Below, piece by piece: positions 39,991 to 51,597 of a stretch of DNA of 64,000 nucleotides. The DNA comes from Alphaproteobacteria bacterium. Its GTDB lineage: Bacteria; Pseudomonadota; Alphaproteobacteria; SP197. The notes beneath the pieces are model-generated. The model was not told the origin of the DNA. It worked only from the letters and a program-made list of their open reading frames with translations, and ran no database searches. A program made the translations under genes and the position numbers. The stretch lies in assembly GCA_964291265.2 (NCBI GenBank), contig OZ219747.1, forward strand, positions 4,000,001 through 4,064,000. Reading direction: 5' to 3'. Within the stretch, counting starts at the first letter, position 1, and every line of letters starts with the position of its first letter.

Positions 39991-41373
39991 TCAGGCATCG
40001 GCTTCCTTCGTGAAGAGCCGGACTCGGGCTCCTGTCAGCATGTCGGAGAGGCGCCGACGGATGAGGAAGAGGCAGACGAGCGAGGGGAGCACCATGAGGG
40101 TGGTGATGACAAAGAAGGTGCCCCAGTCACCTTCGAGCCAGTCGACGAGTTCGCCCGACGAGGCGGCGAAGAGGGTCCGGCCGGCGGTTCCGATGGAGGC
40201 CATCAGAGCGTACTGCGTCGCCGTGTAGGTGCGATCGACCAGCATCGAGATGAAGGCGACGAAGGTCACCGTGGCGAAGGCGCTCGTCAGGTCGTCCATG
40301 ACCACCGCGGCGGCAAACAGGAGCTCCGATCGCCCGGTCCATGCCAGGATGGCGAAGAGCAGGTTGGTTCCCGCCATGGCAAGGCCGGAGACGAACATTG
40401 CGCGTATGAGCCCGATGCGGATCGCAAGGAGCCCGCCCAGGACGGAAAACGCCAGCGTGGTGATCCAGCCGAGACCCTTGGAGTAGAGCGCGATGTCCGA
40501 CTTGGTGAACCCGACTTCCTTGTAGAAGACGAGCGACATGCGCCCGAGGAAGGCCTCGCCGATCTTGAAGAGGAAGATGAAGCCGAGGATGGCGACGGCG
40601 ATGGCAAGACCGTTCTTGCGGAAGAAACTCATCAGCGGCCCGGCAACGGTGGCGCCGAGCCAGGCGAACGGGCCCGGCAGGGAGTGCGCCACGCGCTTCT
40701 CGTCGTCGGCCTGACGGGCCATGCGCTCGTCGGCCGGTGCTTCACGCACGAACATCAGGGCGATGTTGCAGGCGATGACCACCGCTCCAAGCACCAGGAA
40801 GGTCATCTGCCAGTAGTGGGCGAAGCCGGCATCCTGAAAGCCCTGGGCCGTCTCGAGGGCGATGATCCCGCCGATCTTGTATCCGGTCCACCATCCGACC
40901 ACGGCCGTGGCCGCGCCGGCAGCCATCGCCTCTCCCTCCGCCTGGCCGACCTGCTCGATCCTCAGGGCATCGATGGTGATGTCCTGGGTCGCCGAGGCCA
41001 TGGCGATGACGAGGCCGACACCGATCACCGCTGCAAGGTTGGCGAGGGGATCGATGAGACTCCAGACGACCAGACTGGCGAGAATGACTGCCTGGAGGAT
41101 GACGATCCAGGCACGTCGGTGGCCGATGAGGTCCGTGAGCCACGGAATCCGGATGCGATCAACGAGCGGCGCCCACAGGAAGTTGAAGGCGTAGACACCG
41201 AAAATGAGGCCGGCCCAGCCTATGGTGCTGCGGGAAAGACCGTCTTCCTGGAGCCACAGATTGAGACTGCTGCCAATCAGGACCCAGGGAAATCCGCTGA
41301 TGATGCCCAGGAGGAAGATGCGGGCCATGCGGGGCTCGACGTAGTAGGCAAACGTATTCGGCAGTCGTGGCAC
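39991..41373 (-). CDS. ampG: AmpG-family muropeptide MFS permease
   Basis: LLGIISGFP, FLWAPLVD, GHRRAW, SATQDITIDALRIE, YTATQYAL. Confidence 0.9.
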   Translation of the reverse strand: MPRLPNTFAYYVEPRMARIFLLGIISGFPWVLIGSSLNLWLQEDGLSRSTIGWAGLIFGVYAFNFLWAPLVDRIRIPWLTDLIGHRRAWIVILQAVILASLVVWSLIDPLANLAAVIGVGLVIAMASATQDITIDALRIEQVGQAEGEAMAAGAATAVVGWWTGYKIGGIIALETAQGFQDAGFAHYWQMTFLVLGAVVIACNIALMFVREAPADERMARQADDEKRVAHSLPGPFAWLGATVAGPLMSFFRKNGLAIAVAILGFIFLFKIGEAFLGRMSLVFYKEVGFTKSDIALYSKGLGWITTLAFSVLGGLLAIRIGLIRAMFVSGLAMAGTNLLFAILAWTGRSELLFAAAVVMDDLTSAFATVTFVAFISMLVDRTYTATQYALMASIGTAGRTLFAASSGELVDWLEGDWGTFFVITTLMVLPSLVCLFLIRRRLSDMLTGARVRLFTKEADA

Positions 41374-41522
41374 ACCCTTCTCCCCGGGCCCGATGAGATG
41401 GCCGGCATCCTAGACCCCATGTGGAATCAGCCGGAACGAGGACTGTGGATGAAAAGACCGCGGGAACAACCGGACGGCGGTTGCTACTCTCCGGATCTTC
41501 TGCACAACCGGACCGGAGCACC

Positions 41523-43352
41523 ATGGCCAAGGCACGCGCAGGACCCAGGAAGCGCTGGCGGCTGTCGATGTCGCTGGTCCTGTCAATCTGCTTCGGCACG
41601 CTCATCACCGTTTCCATGGCCGGGGTGCTGGGTATCACCGTGACGGGTGCCGTCCGGAACACCATCGACCTTCTTCGCAAGGAAGCGGAACTTGGCGTCT
41701 CACTCGTCACCCACGAGATCGACCTCCACTTTGCCGCCGCCGGAACCCAGACAGCCTTCGTTGCCGGCATGCTGGAAACGGCCAAGGTCGATGTCGACGA
41801 TGATGTGCGTCTGGAAGCGCTGCTGACGGGCGCCATGGCCGCCGATCCTGCCATCAGCGGTCATGGTTTCGTCTTTCCAGGCGGCCATGTCGTGATTGTC
41901 GATCGCCTCGACCCGCCAGCCCGCTTCTATCGCGTCTGGGCCGGCAACGATCCGATCGTCGCGGAAGCGCTCGCGAGGGCCACGGCCGGCGACGGCCCGT
42001 TCTGGATGCCGCCGAGTTGGAGAGCCGACTATGACAACACGATCATGACACTCATATGGCCGGTCCGGCGAAATGCGGAGCTTCTCGGGGTGCTGATCAC
42101 CGCCATCAACATCGAGCAGGTGTCAGCCCGTATGGGACCGGCCGTCCGGAGCCTGCGCAGCCAGGTCTTTGCCCTCTACGGTCATGATCGGGGCCTTGCC
42201 CACGACCTGATGGCCGACGGTTACCCCGGCCTTTCTGACGCTGATCCTCTGCCATTGCTCGAGACATTTGCCGATCCCTATCTCGCCGGCATGTGGGACC
42301 CTCAATCCCTTGAACGGATCGACCTGCCGGAAACGGCCAACATGCAGAGCCACACGGTGGAGCTCGACGACACGACCCTGGTCTTCGTCTACCGCCCCAT
42401 CGATACCTACACCACCGTCCCGCTTCTGGTCGGCGCCTACTATCTCACGGAGGTCTTTGACGAGGAGTTTGGCCGCCTGATCAATTCCGTCGTCATCGGT
42501 GTTGCCGCCATCCTGCTCTCTCTCGTCGTCGCCATGCTCATGGGGCGACGCCTGTCACGCCCCCTCGAGCGACTGTCCGCGGCTGCCCGCTTCGTCGCCA
42601 GCATGGACCTTGACCGCATCCGGACCCTGCCACCCAGCCGCGTTGTCGAACTCGACCACCAGGCGGATGCCTTCAACTCCATGAACGGCGCCCTGACATG
42701 GTTCCAGGCCTATGTGCCGCGGGCGCTGGTCCGCCAGATCATGCACACTGGTGACATGGCCGGACTCGAATCGGGTCACCGCAACATCACCGTCATGTTC
42801 ACGGACATCGCCGGCTATTCCACGGTGTCGGAAGGGATGAGCGCGACCGGGGTCACGGCCCTGCTCAATCACCATTTCTCGATCCTCACGAATGAGATCG
42901 AGGCCGAGGGTGGCACCGTCGACAAGTTCATCGGCGATGGTGTCATGGCGTTCTGGGGCGCACCGGAAAAGCAGAAGCATCGCGCCAGGCGCGCTTGCCG
43001 CGCCGCCCTCGCCATCCGCCGCCGCATCGAAGAGGACAACCGGGCACGCGAGGCTTCGGGGGGCAAAGCCATACGCATGCGCATCGGCATCCACTCCGGC
43101 CAGGCGACCGTGGCCAACATCGGCAGCCCGACGAGGCTGAACTACACGGTGATCGGAGACACGGTGAACGTCGCCCAGCGTGTCGAGCAACTGGGCCGGG
43201 ACATCGCACCCCTGACAGAGGTGGCCATCATCATCAGTGCCGAAACCGCCCGTGACGCCGGCAGCGACCTTGTCGCCGCACCGGCCGGCACGATCCCGGT
43301 CAAGGGGCGCACCGCTCCGGTCGAGGTGCTGCTGCTGAAGGAATTGGCTTGA
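41523..43352 (+). CDS. Membrane-bound class III adenylate/guanylate cyclase (periplasmic sensor + HAMP)
   Basis: Two TM segments, a HAMP-like region, VMFTDIAGYS, VDKFIGDGVMA, RIGIHSG, YTVIGDTVNVAQRVE. Start uncertain (41421 or 41523). Confidence 0.9.
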   Translation: MAKARAGPRKRWRLSMSLVLSICFGTLITVSMAGVLGITVTGAVRNTIDLLRKEAELGVSLVTHEIDLHFAAAGTQTAFVAGMLETAKVDVDDDVRLEALLTGAMAADPAISGHGFVFPGGHVVIVDRLDPPARFYRVWAGNDPIVAEALARATAGDGPFWMPPSWRADYDNTIMTLIWPVRRNAELLGVLITAINIEQVSARMGPAVRSLRSQVFALYGHDRGLAHDLMADGYPGLSDADPLPLLETFADPYLAGMWDPQSLERIDLPETANMQSHTVELDDTTLVFVYRPIDTYTTVPLLVGAYYLTEVFDEEFGRLINSVVIGVAAILLSLVVAMLMGRRLSRPLERLSAAARFVASMDLDRIRTLPPSRVVELDHQADAFNSMNGALTWFQAYVPRALVRQIMHTGDMAGLESGHRNITVMFTDIAGYSTVSEGMSATGVTALLNHHFSILTNEIEAEGGTVDKFIGDGVMAFWGAPEKQKHRARRACRAALAIRRRIEEDNRAREASGGKAIRMRIGIHSGQATVANIGSPTRLNYTVIGDTVNVAQRVEQLGRDIAPLTEVAIIISAETARDAGSDLVAAPAGTIPVKGRTAPVEVLLLKELA

Positions 43353-43622
43353 CGACGGCCCGTTGTCCTGAAGCCAGGATTCTCCGCGGGGTTCAACCGT
43401 GTCCCTCAAGACATGGTTGCTGCGGCACTGCGGAAGATGACAGAGAATTCTGCATGCATGCCTTGCAGGATGAGCAGACTATGGGGAAACACTGTCTGCC
43501 CCGTGGTTTTGCACAGAACGCGCAGTGCTCCTCAGCAAACCCTTCAACTCGCTTGAAGTCCGATAGTTTGTTCTATAAATAAGACGTGAAAGGCATTCGT
43601 TGTCCATTTATGGTACAAAGCA

Positions 43623-43961
43623 ATGGCAAAGCCCGCGCACAGATCCTACTCCCGCCATGCCCGCGAAGCCGCAGAGCTTCTCGGGTCGATGATTCGTGCC
43701 GCGCGCATCGAACGCAACCTCACAGTCGCCGACGTCGCTGAACGCGCCGGGACATCCCGCGGCCTCGTGCATCGCATCGAGAAAGGCGAAATGGGCTCCT
43801 CCATCGGTGTAGCCTTCGAGGTTGCCGTTCTTGTCGGGGTCCGCCTGTTCGAAGTCGAACCGGCTACGCTGACGCGCTATCTGTCGATGGAACGCAATCG
43901 ACTCACCCTGTTGCCGCAGTCCGCCCGCACGGGAACGATGAAGGTGAAGGATGACTTCTGA
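43623..43961 (+). CDS. XRE-family HTH antitoxin (HipB-like)
   Basis: IRAARIERNLTVADVAERAGTSRGLVHRIEKG; overlaps hipA. Confidence 0.88.
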   Translation: MAKPAHRSYSRHAREAAELLGSMIRAARIERNLTVADVAERAGTSRGLVHRIEKGEMGSSIGVAFEVAVLVGVRLFEVEPATLTRYLSMERNRLTLLPQSARTGTMKVKDDF

Positions 43962-45225
43962 TCACCCCGGCGCGAAGGCGCCCGAGGAAGCCTATGTCTG
44001 GACTTGGCTGCCCTGCGCGACGGCACCGGTCGTCGCCGGTCGCATCGCGCGTGACGGTCAGCGTCTGATCTTCAACTACGCTCGGAGCTATCTGGACCGC
44101 AACGACCGCATCCCGATCTACGAACCGGAACTGCCGTTGCGCAGCGGAGCGATCGCACCCGAAGCCGGGCTGAGGATGGCCGGATGCCTGCGCGACGCTT
44201 CCCCCGATTCGTGGGGCCGTCGCGTCATCCTGAACCGGGTCTTCGCACACAACGATGCCGATATCGATGCGCTCGACGAGCTGACCTGCCTTCTGGAGTC
44301 CGGCTCCGACCGCATCGGCGCCCTCGACTTCCAGTACTCCCCTTTCGAGTATGTGCCGCGCGTCAGTCAAACCGCGACGCTGGAAGAGCTGCGGAGCGCT
44401 GCCGAGAATGTCGAGAAAGGCGTTCCGCTGACGCCCGATCTCGATCAGGCGCTGCTCCACGGCACGTCGCTCGGCGGCGCCCGCCCGAAGGCGATGGTCC
44501 GGGACGACGACACGGGCATGATCGCCAAGTTCTCGTCATCGACCGACACCTACAACGTCGTCAAGGCAGAGTATGTCGCCATGCGCCTTGCGGCCAAGGC
44601 GGGGCTCGACGTCGCTCCCGTGAGTCTCGAGCATGTCGCCGGCAAGGATGTGCTGCTGGTCAAGCGCTTCGACCGGACAAGGTCGAAGGATGGCTGGACG
44701 CGCAAGGCGATGGTCTCCGCGCTGACGCTCTTTGGTCTCGACGAGATGATGGCGCGCTACGCCAGCTACGAGGACCTCGCGGAGATCATCCGACACCGCT
44801 TCACTTCGCCGAAGGCGACGTTGCGCGAGCTCTATGGCCGGCTCGTATTCAACGTCCTGTGCGGCAACACCGACGACCACGCCCGCAACCATGCGGGCTT
44901 CTGGGATGGCGCACACCTGACCTTGACGCCCGCCTATGACATCTGCCCGCAAGGCCGCTCCGGGAACCTGGCGAGCCAGGCGATGCTGATCGTCGGAGAC
45001 AATCGAGCGAGCACACTTGCGGCCTGCCTTGAGGTCGCGCCCAGTTTCCAGCTCGGCGAGAAAGTGGCGAAGGACATCATCGCCCGGCAGATCGGCACCA
45101 TCCGGGACGGATGGGACGACATCTGCAACGAAGTCGAATTGAGCGAGGTCGAGCGCAACCTGCTCGGCCAGCGCATGTTTCTGAATGACACTGTCTTCGA
45201 AGGCGCTGCAGTGGACCTTCGGTGA
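43951..45225 (+). CDS. hipA: HipA-family kinase toxin
   Basis: DASPDSWGRRVI, SDRIGALDF, GTSLGGARPKA, LLVKRFDR, GNTDDHARNH, LTPAYDI. Confidence 0.92.
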   Translation: MTSDHPGAKAPEEAYVWTWLPCATAPVVAGRIARDGQRLIFNYARSYLDRNDRIPIYEPELPLRSGAIAPEAGLRMAGCLRDASPDSWGRRVILNRVFAHNDADIDALDELTCLLESGSDRIGALDFQYSPFEYVPRVSQTATLEELRSAAENVEKGVPLTPDLDQALLHGTSLGGARPKAMVRDDDTGMIAKFSSSTDTYNVVKAEYVAMRLAAKAGLDVAPVSLEHVAGKDVLLVKRFDRTRSKDGWTRKAMVSALTLFGLDEMMARYASYEDLAEIIRHRFTSPKATLRELYGRLVFNVLCGNTDDHARNHAGFWDGAHLTLTPAYDICPQGRSGNLASQAMLIVGDNRASTLAACLEVAPSFQLGEKVAKDIIARQIGTIRDGWDDICNEVELSEVERNLLGQRMFLNDTVFEGAAVDLR

Positions 45226-46090
45226 TGAGGACTTGAAACGTGGCGACAACAGACGCCGTAGCGAACGAGATTCAGCTGTTCCCGACGGACCGAGCAGCGA
45301 AAGAAGAACGATCCCGTTCCCCGATGCGTTCGTCAAGGAACGCTTCGAGCACCCTGGTGGAGTACGATTCGATCAGGTGGGACCATATCCGGCCGTGGCT
45401 CAGGTCCTCGGCCACGGCCTCGATGTCCCGAACGCGAAGACCAGGGAAGAGCGCTTTCGACATGTTCGCCGGCCCCTTTCCCGGCCTTTCGACCGGACAC
45501 TGTCGGCTCTGTCTGTTTCAGCATGTCGAGTTTCCGCATGCTTCGGCGTTGCTCGATGAACGTGAGGAGGAGTTCTCAATCCCTGGCAGGGTTTCTCGGT
45601 TCCCGGCAGGGGTTGGCGCTTTCCGGGGATGATGCCTGCCAGGTGTGCGACTTCGATGGATTGCGGCGGTGCGGTACCGGGTACACTTCAACCGGATACC
45701 CAGGAGCTTGAACGCCTTCTCTCATGGGACGGCGTGGCGACCTGGACGCGGCCCCGGGAAGCGGAACGCGAAGATATTGCGGGTGATGGCGGAGAGACCG
45801 TTCATCAGGTCATCACCGGCGTTCCGTGCGCTCATTGATGTCCTTGCCGGCGCCGGGTCGCGGCGCCCTCGGCATCCTCGTCGTCGAACAGCATGGCGCC
45901 GATCGACGCAAATGGCGATTATGCAAGGGAGGACGTGAGCCCGGTACTCGGTGCGGCAGTATACGGGGCGCACCTTTCAGATCCACGGTCTTGGGATTGC
46001 CGAAGGTCCGTTCAACCAGGCTCTGCCGCTTGCAGGCGCACACCGCGCCTGGAGACCTGTTAAGGCCCGGCTCCCTGAGTGAAATGCCGT

Positions 46091-46116
46091 GCGGGGCCGG
46101 GAGTCCCCGGCCCCGC
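46091..46116 (-). terminator. Hairpin downstream of the substrate-binding gene
   Basis: gcggggccggg-agtc-cccggccccgc, 11-bp stem. Confidence 0.55.
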
Positions 46117-46130
46117 CGCGATCGTGATGA

Positions 46131-47738
46131 TCAGGCGAACCACCAGCGGTGGGCGGAACGGGCGCCGTCACACTCCCAGCTCGCCGCGACACTCTCGCCA
46201 TGGCGCACATTGCTGCGCCGAGCATAGACGAAGTTCACGAAAAGCGGGATGATGGTGCCGCCGTCGTCACGGGCGATCTGGCACATCTCGCGATACATCT
46301 CCGCGCGCAGCGTCTCGTCGAGCTCCGCCTTCGCCAGCAGCAGGAGTTCGTTGAACCGTGCGTTCTGCCAGTGCGCCTCGTTCCACGGAGCGTCATCCTT
46401 GTACGCGAGGGTGAACATGTTGTCCGGCGTCGGACGGGCACCCCACTTGACGAACACGAAGGGCTTCTTCAGCCACACGTCCGACCAGTAGCCGTCGTTG
46501 GGCTCCCGCACCGGCACAACGTCGATGCCGGCAGCCTTGGCCTGCTCGCTGTAGAGAACGATCATGTCGACGGCGCCCGGCAACACGCTGTCGGCCGCCG
46601 AAAGGTTGACGCTGAGCGACTCCATGCCGGCCTGCTTGAGGTGGTGCTTCGCCTTGTCCGGGTCATAGACGCGCTGCTCGATATCCGGCCAGTAGGGCAT
46701 GTTCGGCGAGACGTGAAAGTCGTTGCCGGGGGTGCCGGTGCCGAACAGGATTTTCTCGACGATCTCTTCCCGGTCGATGGCGTACTTGAGAGCCAGACGG
46801 ACATCGACATTGTCGAAGGGCGCGTGGTCGCAGAACATCGGCAGGGTGATCGCCGAACCGCTCGGGATGTTGTCGATCTCGATGTTGGGATCGCGACCCA
46901 GCAGTGTGAGCGTCTTGAGATCGACCGACGAGATGGCGTCGACATCACCGGTGATGAGCGACGTCTGGCGGGCGTTGGGGTCATTGAGAATGGTGATCTC
47001 GACCGCATCGAACCATGCCCCTTCCCGGTGCCACCCGTCATGACGCTCGAGACTGATCCCGACACCGGGCTCGTTCTCGACGATCCTGTAGGGACCGGCC
47101 CCGATACCGGTATCCCACTCGATGCCACCGTCATCGGTCGCCGGCAGCATGGTGAGGTGATAGTCCGCCATCACCCAGGGGAGATCGGCAAATCCCTGGT
47201 CGACCTCGATGACGATCGCATGGTCGCCATCGGCCCTCAAGTCGGTGACGTTGGAAAGCAACGGCTTGGCCGCCGATGTCGTGTCATCACCCCGGTGGTG
47301 GTTGAGCGAGGCGACCGCGTCCCTCGACGTGAAGCTGCGGCCATCATGGAATGTCGCGTCCGGGCTGAGTTCAAAGGTCCACACCTTCGCGTCCGGAGAG
47401 GCGCTCCACGACACCGCCATGTCGCCACCGAGCCCGTTGTCGGCCGTGATCTCGGTGAGGTAACTGCGGGCCGTGTGGCCCAGCTGGATTTCGGTGACAC
47501 TCTGGTACTTGCCCGGATCGAGCGTATCGGCCGTGTTCCCGTCGTGCAGCCCGAGGCGGTAGGTGCCGCCGCTCTGTGGTGTTTCTGCCGCAGCGTTCTT
47601 GGTCCACAGCGTGGAGGCCGCGGCGATCGTCAGGCCTGCTGCCGAGGCCTCCGCCATGAAACTCCGGCGTGAAATCCTGTTTTGCCTGCTCGCACGGACA
47701 ATGCGTTCAAGCAGGGTGTTCTCTTCATGTGACGACAC
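46131..47738 (-). CDS. Peptide/nickel ABC transporter substrate-binding protein (family 5), Tat signal
   Basis: ISRRSFM, DTLDPG, WTFELSPDATFHDG, GAGPY, PFDNVDVRLALKYAIDRE. Confidence 0.93.
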   Translation of the reverse strand: MSSHEENTLLERIVRASRQNRISRRSFMAEASAAGLTIAAASTLWTKNAAAETPQSGGTYRLGLHDGNTADTLDPGKYQSVTEIQLGHTARSYLTEITADNGLGGDMAVSWSASPDAKVWTFELSPDATFHDGRSFTSRDAVASLNHHRGDDTTSAAKPLLSNVTDLRADGDHAIVIEVDQGFADLPWVMADYHLTMLPATDDGGIEWDTGIGAGPYRIVENEPGVGISLERHDGWHREGAWFDAVEITILNDPNARQTSLITGDVDAISSVDLKTLTLLGRDPNIEIDNIPSGSAITLPMFCDHAPFDNVDVRLALKYAIDREEIVEKILFGTGTPGNDFHVSPNMPYWPDIEQRVYDPDKAKHHLKQAGMESLSVNLSAADSVLPGAVDMIVLYSEQAKAAGIDVVPVREPNDGYWSDVWLKKPFVFVKWGARPTPDNMFTLAYKDDAPWNEAHWQNARFNELLLLAKAELDETLRAEMYREMCQIARDDGGTIIPLFVNFVYARRSNVRHGESVAASWECDGARSAHRWWFA

Positions 47739-47913
47739 TGTCTGGTCTCCCCTTGTGAGCCGGTTCGGATCGGTCCGGGCTGGTTCATGTCACCCGGTTG
47801 TCGTCACGATACGCGACAGACATTGTCCGTGGCAAGATCACATGAACCTGGACGGGGTGACATGGCGTCGCAGGTGGGATAGTCTTCCTGCTCGGGGATG
47901 CTCGGGAGGATGC

Positions 47914-48870
47914 ATGGGAGACGTGACGCGTATCATCATCACCAGGCTGGGTCTGGGCGTGCTGACCCTCCTGGTGATCTCCGTCCTCATCTTTGGTGCA
48001 GTCGAACTTCTTCCAGGCGACATCGCACAGGCGGTTCTCGGCCAGGGCGCCACGGAAGACAACCTGCGAGCGCTGCGGACCGAGCTCGGTCTCGACCGCT
48101 CGGCGCCTGTCCGCTACCTGGACTGGCTGTCGGGTGCGGTCGTGGGAGACTTCGGTATCTCGCTTCTGACCCAGGCGTCGGTCACGGACACCATTGCCCC
48201 GCGGTTCGCCAACACCCTCTTCCTGGCCGGATACGCCGCCGTCATAGCGGTTCCGGTAGCGATCACTCTCGGCATCATCGTCGCCCTGCTGCGCAACACG
48301 CTGTTCGACCGGGTTGCCAACGTCGCTACCCTGACATCGATTTCCTCGCCGGAGTTCTTTCTCGGCTACATCCTGATCCTCTATTTCTCGGTCAAGACCG
48401 GCATGTTCCCGGCCATCGCCAAGCTGAGCGACGACCTGACGTTCTTCGAACTCCTGGAACGGACTTTCCTGCCGGCGCTGACCATGGTCCTCGTGGTCGT
48501 CGCCCACATGATGCGCATGACCAGGGCAGCCATCATCAACCTGCTGGCCTCCCCCTATATCGAGATGGCGCGTCTCAAGGGAACACCGGCCTGGCGGGTG
48601 ATCGCGCGGCATGCACTGCCCAATGCGTGGGCTCCCATCATCAACGTGGTGGCCCTCAATCTTGCCTACCTCATCACCGGTGTCGTCCTCGTCGAGGTGG
48701 TCTTCGTCTATCCCGGTATCGGCCAGCTGCTCGTGGACGCCGTGACCAAGCGCGACTTTCCGGTGGTCCAGGCGTGCTGCCTGATCTTCGCCGCGACGTT
48801 CATCCTTCTCAACCTGGCCGCGGACGTGGGCGCCATTCTCACCAATCCGCGCCTGCGCCACCCGAAGTAG
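47914..48870 (+). CDS. ABC permease (DppB-like)
   Basis: LLPGD, GDFGISL, PEFF, MARLKG, HALPNA, VEVVFVYPGIG, RDFPVVQ, NPRLR. Confidence 0.93.
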   Translation: MGDVTRIIITRLGLGVLTLLVISVLIFGAVELLPGDIAQAVLGQGATEDNLRALRTELGLDRSAPVRYLDWLSGAVVGDFGISLLTQASVTDTIAPRFANTLFLAGYAAVIAVPVAITLGIIVALLRNTLFDRVANVATLTSISSPEFFLGYILILYFSVKTGMFPAIAKLSDDLTFFELLERTFLPALTMVLVVVAHMMRMTRAAIINLLASPYIEMARLKGTPAWRVIARHALPNAWAPIINVVALNLAYLITGVVLVEVVFVYPGIGQLLVDAVTKRDFPVVQACCLIFAATFILLNLAADVGAILTNPRLRHPK

Positions 48871-48880
48871 GAGGGCAGCC

Positions 48881-49942
48881 ATGGACTACTTTGTCATCGG
48901 CTACTACGCCCTCCTCATCGGCGGGTCGTGCCTGGCCGCCTACTTCAAGAGGCGGGAGATCTTCCTCGCTCTCTTTTCGCTGACCCTGGCGTCGTTCGTC
49001 ATGGGCATCGTCGGCGGACAGGATGCCCTGTGGGCCGTGTCGGTCGCCGCCGGACTGCTGGCCCTCGCCGGGGGGACGGCCTACGCCTTCCGCGAATTCC
49101 TCATCATCATCAGCGGCACCGAAACCGCCAAGGCCCTGCGTACGGCGCCGCTCACGGCGTCCTTCGGCATGTTCGTCATCTTCACCTACGCCGTTCTGGG
49201 AATCTTCGCTCCGGTGATCGCGCCCTTCGGCGAGGAGGAGGTGATTTCCCAGTCCTTCGCGCCGGCCGACGAAAACATGCTGCTGGGCGCCGACCAGCTG
49301 GGGCGCGATCTCTTCAGCCGCATCGTCTACGGCGCCAGGAACACCGTGGGCCTCGCCCTGGTGGCGACCATGATCGCCTTCGTCATCGGCGTGCTTCTCG
49401 GCATGGTCGCCGCCGTCAAGGGGGGCTGGTTCGACCAGTTGATGGGGCGCATCATCGATGTCGTCATGTCCATCCCCGGACTGATCTTCGCCCTGCTGCT
49501 GCTCAGCATCTTCGGCACCAACCTCATCATCCTGGTCATCATCATCGGCCTCATCTATGCGCCGCGCGTCTTCCGCCTGACCCGTGCCGTCGCCGGCAAC
49601 GTGGTGGTGATGGACTACATCGAAGCGGCGAGCCTGCGCGGAGAGGGCATGTGGTACCTCATCCGCAAGGAGATTCTGCCGAACTCGACGGCGCCGCTGG
49701 TCGCCGAGTTCGGGCTGGAGTTCTGTTTCGTCTTCCTCCTCGTGGCAGGCCTCTCGTTCCTCGGCCTCGGCATCCAGCCGCCGACGGCGGACTGGGGGTC
49801 GATGGTGCGCGAGAACGCAACGCTCATCTCGTTCGGCGAGATCACGCCACTCATCCCTGCCGCGGCCATCGCTCTCCTGACCGTGGCCGTCAACTTTGTG
49901 GTCGACTGGATGCTGTTCCGTTCGTCCGGATTGAAGGAGTGA
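48881..49942 (+). CDS. ABC permease (DppC-like) with extra N-terminal TM segments
   Basis: LLGADQLGRDLFSRIVYGAR, DYIEAASLRGE, EILPN, LSFLGLGIQPPTADWG. Confidence 0.93.
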   Translation: MDYFVIGYYALLIGGSCLAAYFKRREIFLALFSLTLASFVMGIVGGQDALWAVSVAAGLLALAGGTAYAFREFLIIISGTETAKALRTAPLTASFGMFVIFTYAVLGIFAPVIAPFGEEEVISQSFAPADENMLLGADQLGRDLFSRIVYGARNTVGLALVATMIAFVIGVLLGMVAAVKGGWFDQLMGRIIDVVMSIPGLIFALLLLSIFGTNLIILVIIIGLIYAPRVFRLTRAVAGNVVVMDYIEAASLRGEGMWYLIRKEILPNSTAPLVAEFGLEFCFVFLLVAGLSFLGLGIQPPTADWGSMVRENATLISFGEITPLIPAAAIALLTVAVNFVVDWMLFRSSGLKE

Positions 49943-49947
49943 CCGTC

Positions 49948-51597
49948 ATGGCCGACGACAAGCGCGTTCTCCTCAAGATCCAGGGTCTCAGGATCGAGGG
50001 CTATGCGGATGAGAAGTGGATCGAGATCGTCCACGGCGTCGATCTCACCCTGCACCGCGGCGAAGTCCTTGGCCTGATCGGTGAATCGGGTGCCGGCAAG
50101 TCGACGATCGGACTCGCGGCCATGGGCTTTGCCCGGGACGGTTGCCGGATATCGGGAGGCTCGGTCGAGTTCGACGGCATGGAGTTGACGACGACACCCG
50201 AGTCCGACCGCCGCGTTCTCAGGGGCTCGCGCATCGCCTATGTCGCCCAGTCCGCGGCGGCGTCGTTCAATCCGGCCCACAAGCTGATCGATCAGCACAC
50301 GGAAGCGCCGGTTCACTACCGTATCCGCAAGCGCATGGAGAGTCAGGAAGACGCCATGGAACTCTACGAGCGCCTGCGCCTTCCGAATCCCAAGGAAATC
50401 GGTTTTCGCTACCCGCACCAAGTATCGGGCGGACAGCTGCAGCGGGCCATGACGGCCATGGCGATGGCCTGCCGGCCGGACCTCATCATTTTCGACGAGC
50501 CCACCACGGCGCTCGACGTCACCACGCAGATCGAGGTGCTCGCCGCCATCCGCGATATCGTCGACCAGTTCGACACCGCCGCCATCTACATCACCCACGA
50601 CCTTGCCGTCGTCGCCCAGATGGCCGACACCATCAAGGTCCTGCTCAAGGGCGACGAGGTCGAGGAAGCGGACACCGCGACCATGCTCGACAACCCGCAG
50701 GAGGACTACACCAAGACCCTGTGGGCCGTGCGCAGCTTCCAGCGACCCCAGAAATCACGGCCGGCGGATGGCACCGTCCCGATCGTCACCATCGACAATG
50801 TCGACGCGGCCTACGGCCAGAACAAGGTTCTCGAGGACGTGACCTTCGACATCCACGCCGGCATGACCGTCGCGGTGGTGGGAGAGTCGGGATCAGGAAA
50901 GTCGACCACCGCCCGCTGCATCACCGGGTTGCTGCCGCCTACCAAGGGGCGCATCCTGTTCTCCGGGGAGGAACTCCCGGCCAGCTTCCGGGCACGCTCG
51001 AAGGCACAGCTGCGCCAGGCGCAGATGATCTACCAGATGGCCGATACGGCACTCAATCCCAAGGTCCGGATCAGCGACATCATCGGCCGTCCGGCCGAGT
51101 TCTACAGCGGACTGAAAGGGGCGCAGCTGAAGAACCGGGTGGACGAGCTCCTCGACCTCATCGAGCTCGAACCGTCCAAGTTCTACAACCGCTATCCGCC
51201 TGAACTTTCAGGCGGGCAGAAGCAGCGGATCGGTATCGCGAGGGCCCTGGCTGCCGAACCCTCCTTCATCATCTGCGACGAGGTGACGAGCGCCCTTGAC
51301 CAGCTGGTCGCCGAGGGAATCCTGAGGCTTCTCGACCGCCTGCAGGAGGAACTCGATCTCGCCTACATGTTCATCACCCACGATCTCGCCACCGTGCGTT
51401 CCATCGCCGATGAGGTCGTCGTCATGAAGGAGGGGCGTGTCGTCGAGATGGGCCCCAAGGACGTCATGTTCACGCCGCCCCATCACCCCTACACGGATCT
51501 ACTGCTGTCCTCGGTTCCCGAAATGGATCCCAACTGGCTCAACACGGTTCTTGAGGAACGCGGCGTCGACAACATCGGCGAGGCGGCCCGAACCTGA
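49948..51597 (+). CDS. ABC ATP-binding protein with two fused ATPase domains (DppD/F-like)
   Basis: GESGAGKS...VSGGQLQR...FDEPT and GESGSGKS...LSGGQKQR...CDEVT. Confidence 0.94.
   Translation: MADDKRVLLKIQGLRIEGYADEKWIEIVHGVDLTLHRGEVLGLIGESGAGKSTIGLAAMGFARDGCRISGGSVEFDGMELTTTPESDRRVLRGSRIAYVAQSAAASFNPAHKLIDQHTEAPVHYRIRKRMESQEDAMELYERLRLPNPKEIGFRYPHQVSGGQLQRAMTAMAMACRPDLIIFDEPTTALDVTTQIEVLAAIRDIVDQFDTAAIYITHDLAVVAQMADTIKVLLKGDEVEEADTATMLDNPQEDYTKTLWAVRSFQRPQKSRPADGTVPIVTIDNVDAAYGQNKVLEDVTFDIHAGMTVAVVGESGSGKSTTARCITGLLPPTKGRILFSGEELPASFRARSKAQLRQAQMIYQMADTALNPKVRISDIIGRPAEFYSGLKGAQLKNRVDELLDLIELEPSKFYNRYPPELSGGQKQRIGIARALAAEPSFIICDEVTSALDQLVAEGILRLLDRLQEELDLAYMFITHDLATVRSIADEVVVMKEGRVVEMGPKDVMFTPPHHPYTDLLLSSVPEMDPNWLNTVLEERGVDNIGEAART

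Noticed and set aside
45230-46080. Short ORFs downstream of hipA
   Set aside because: Fragmentary, with no family motif I can support.
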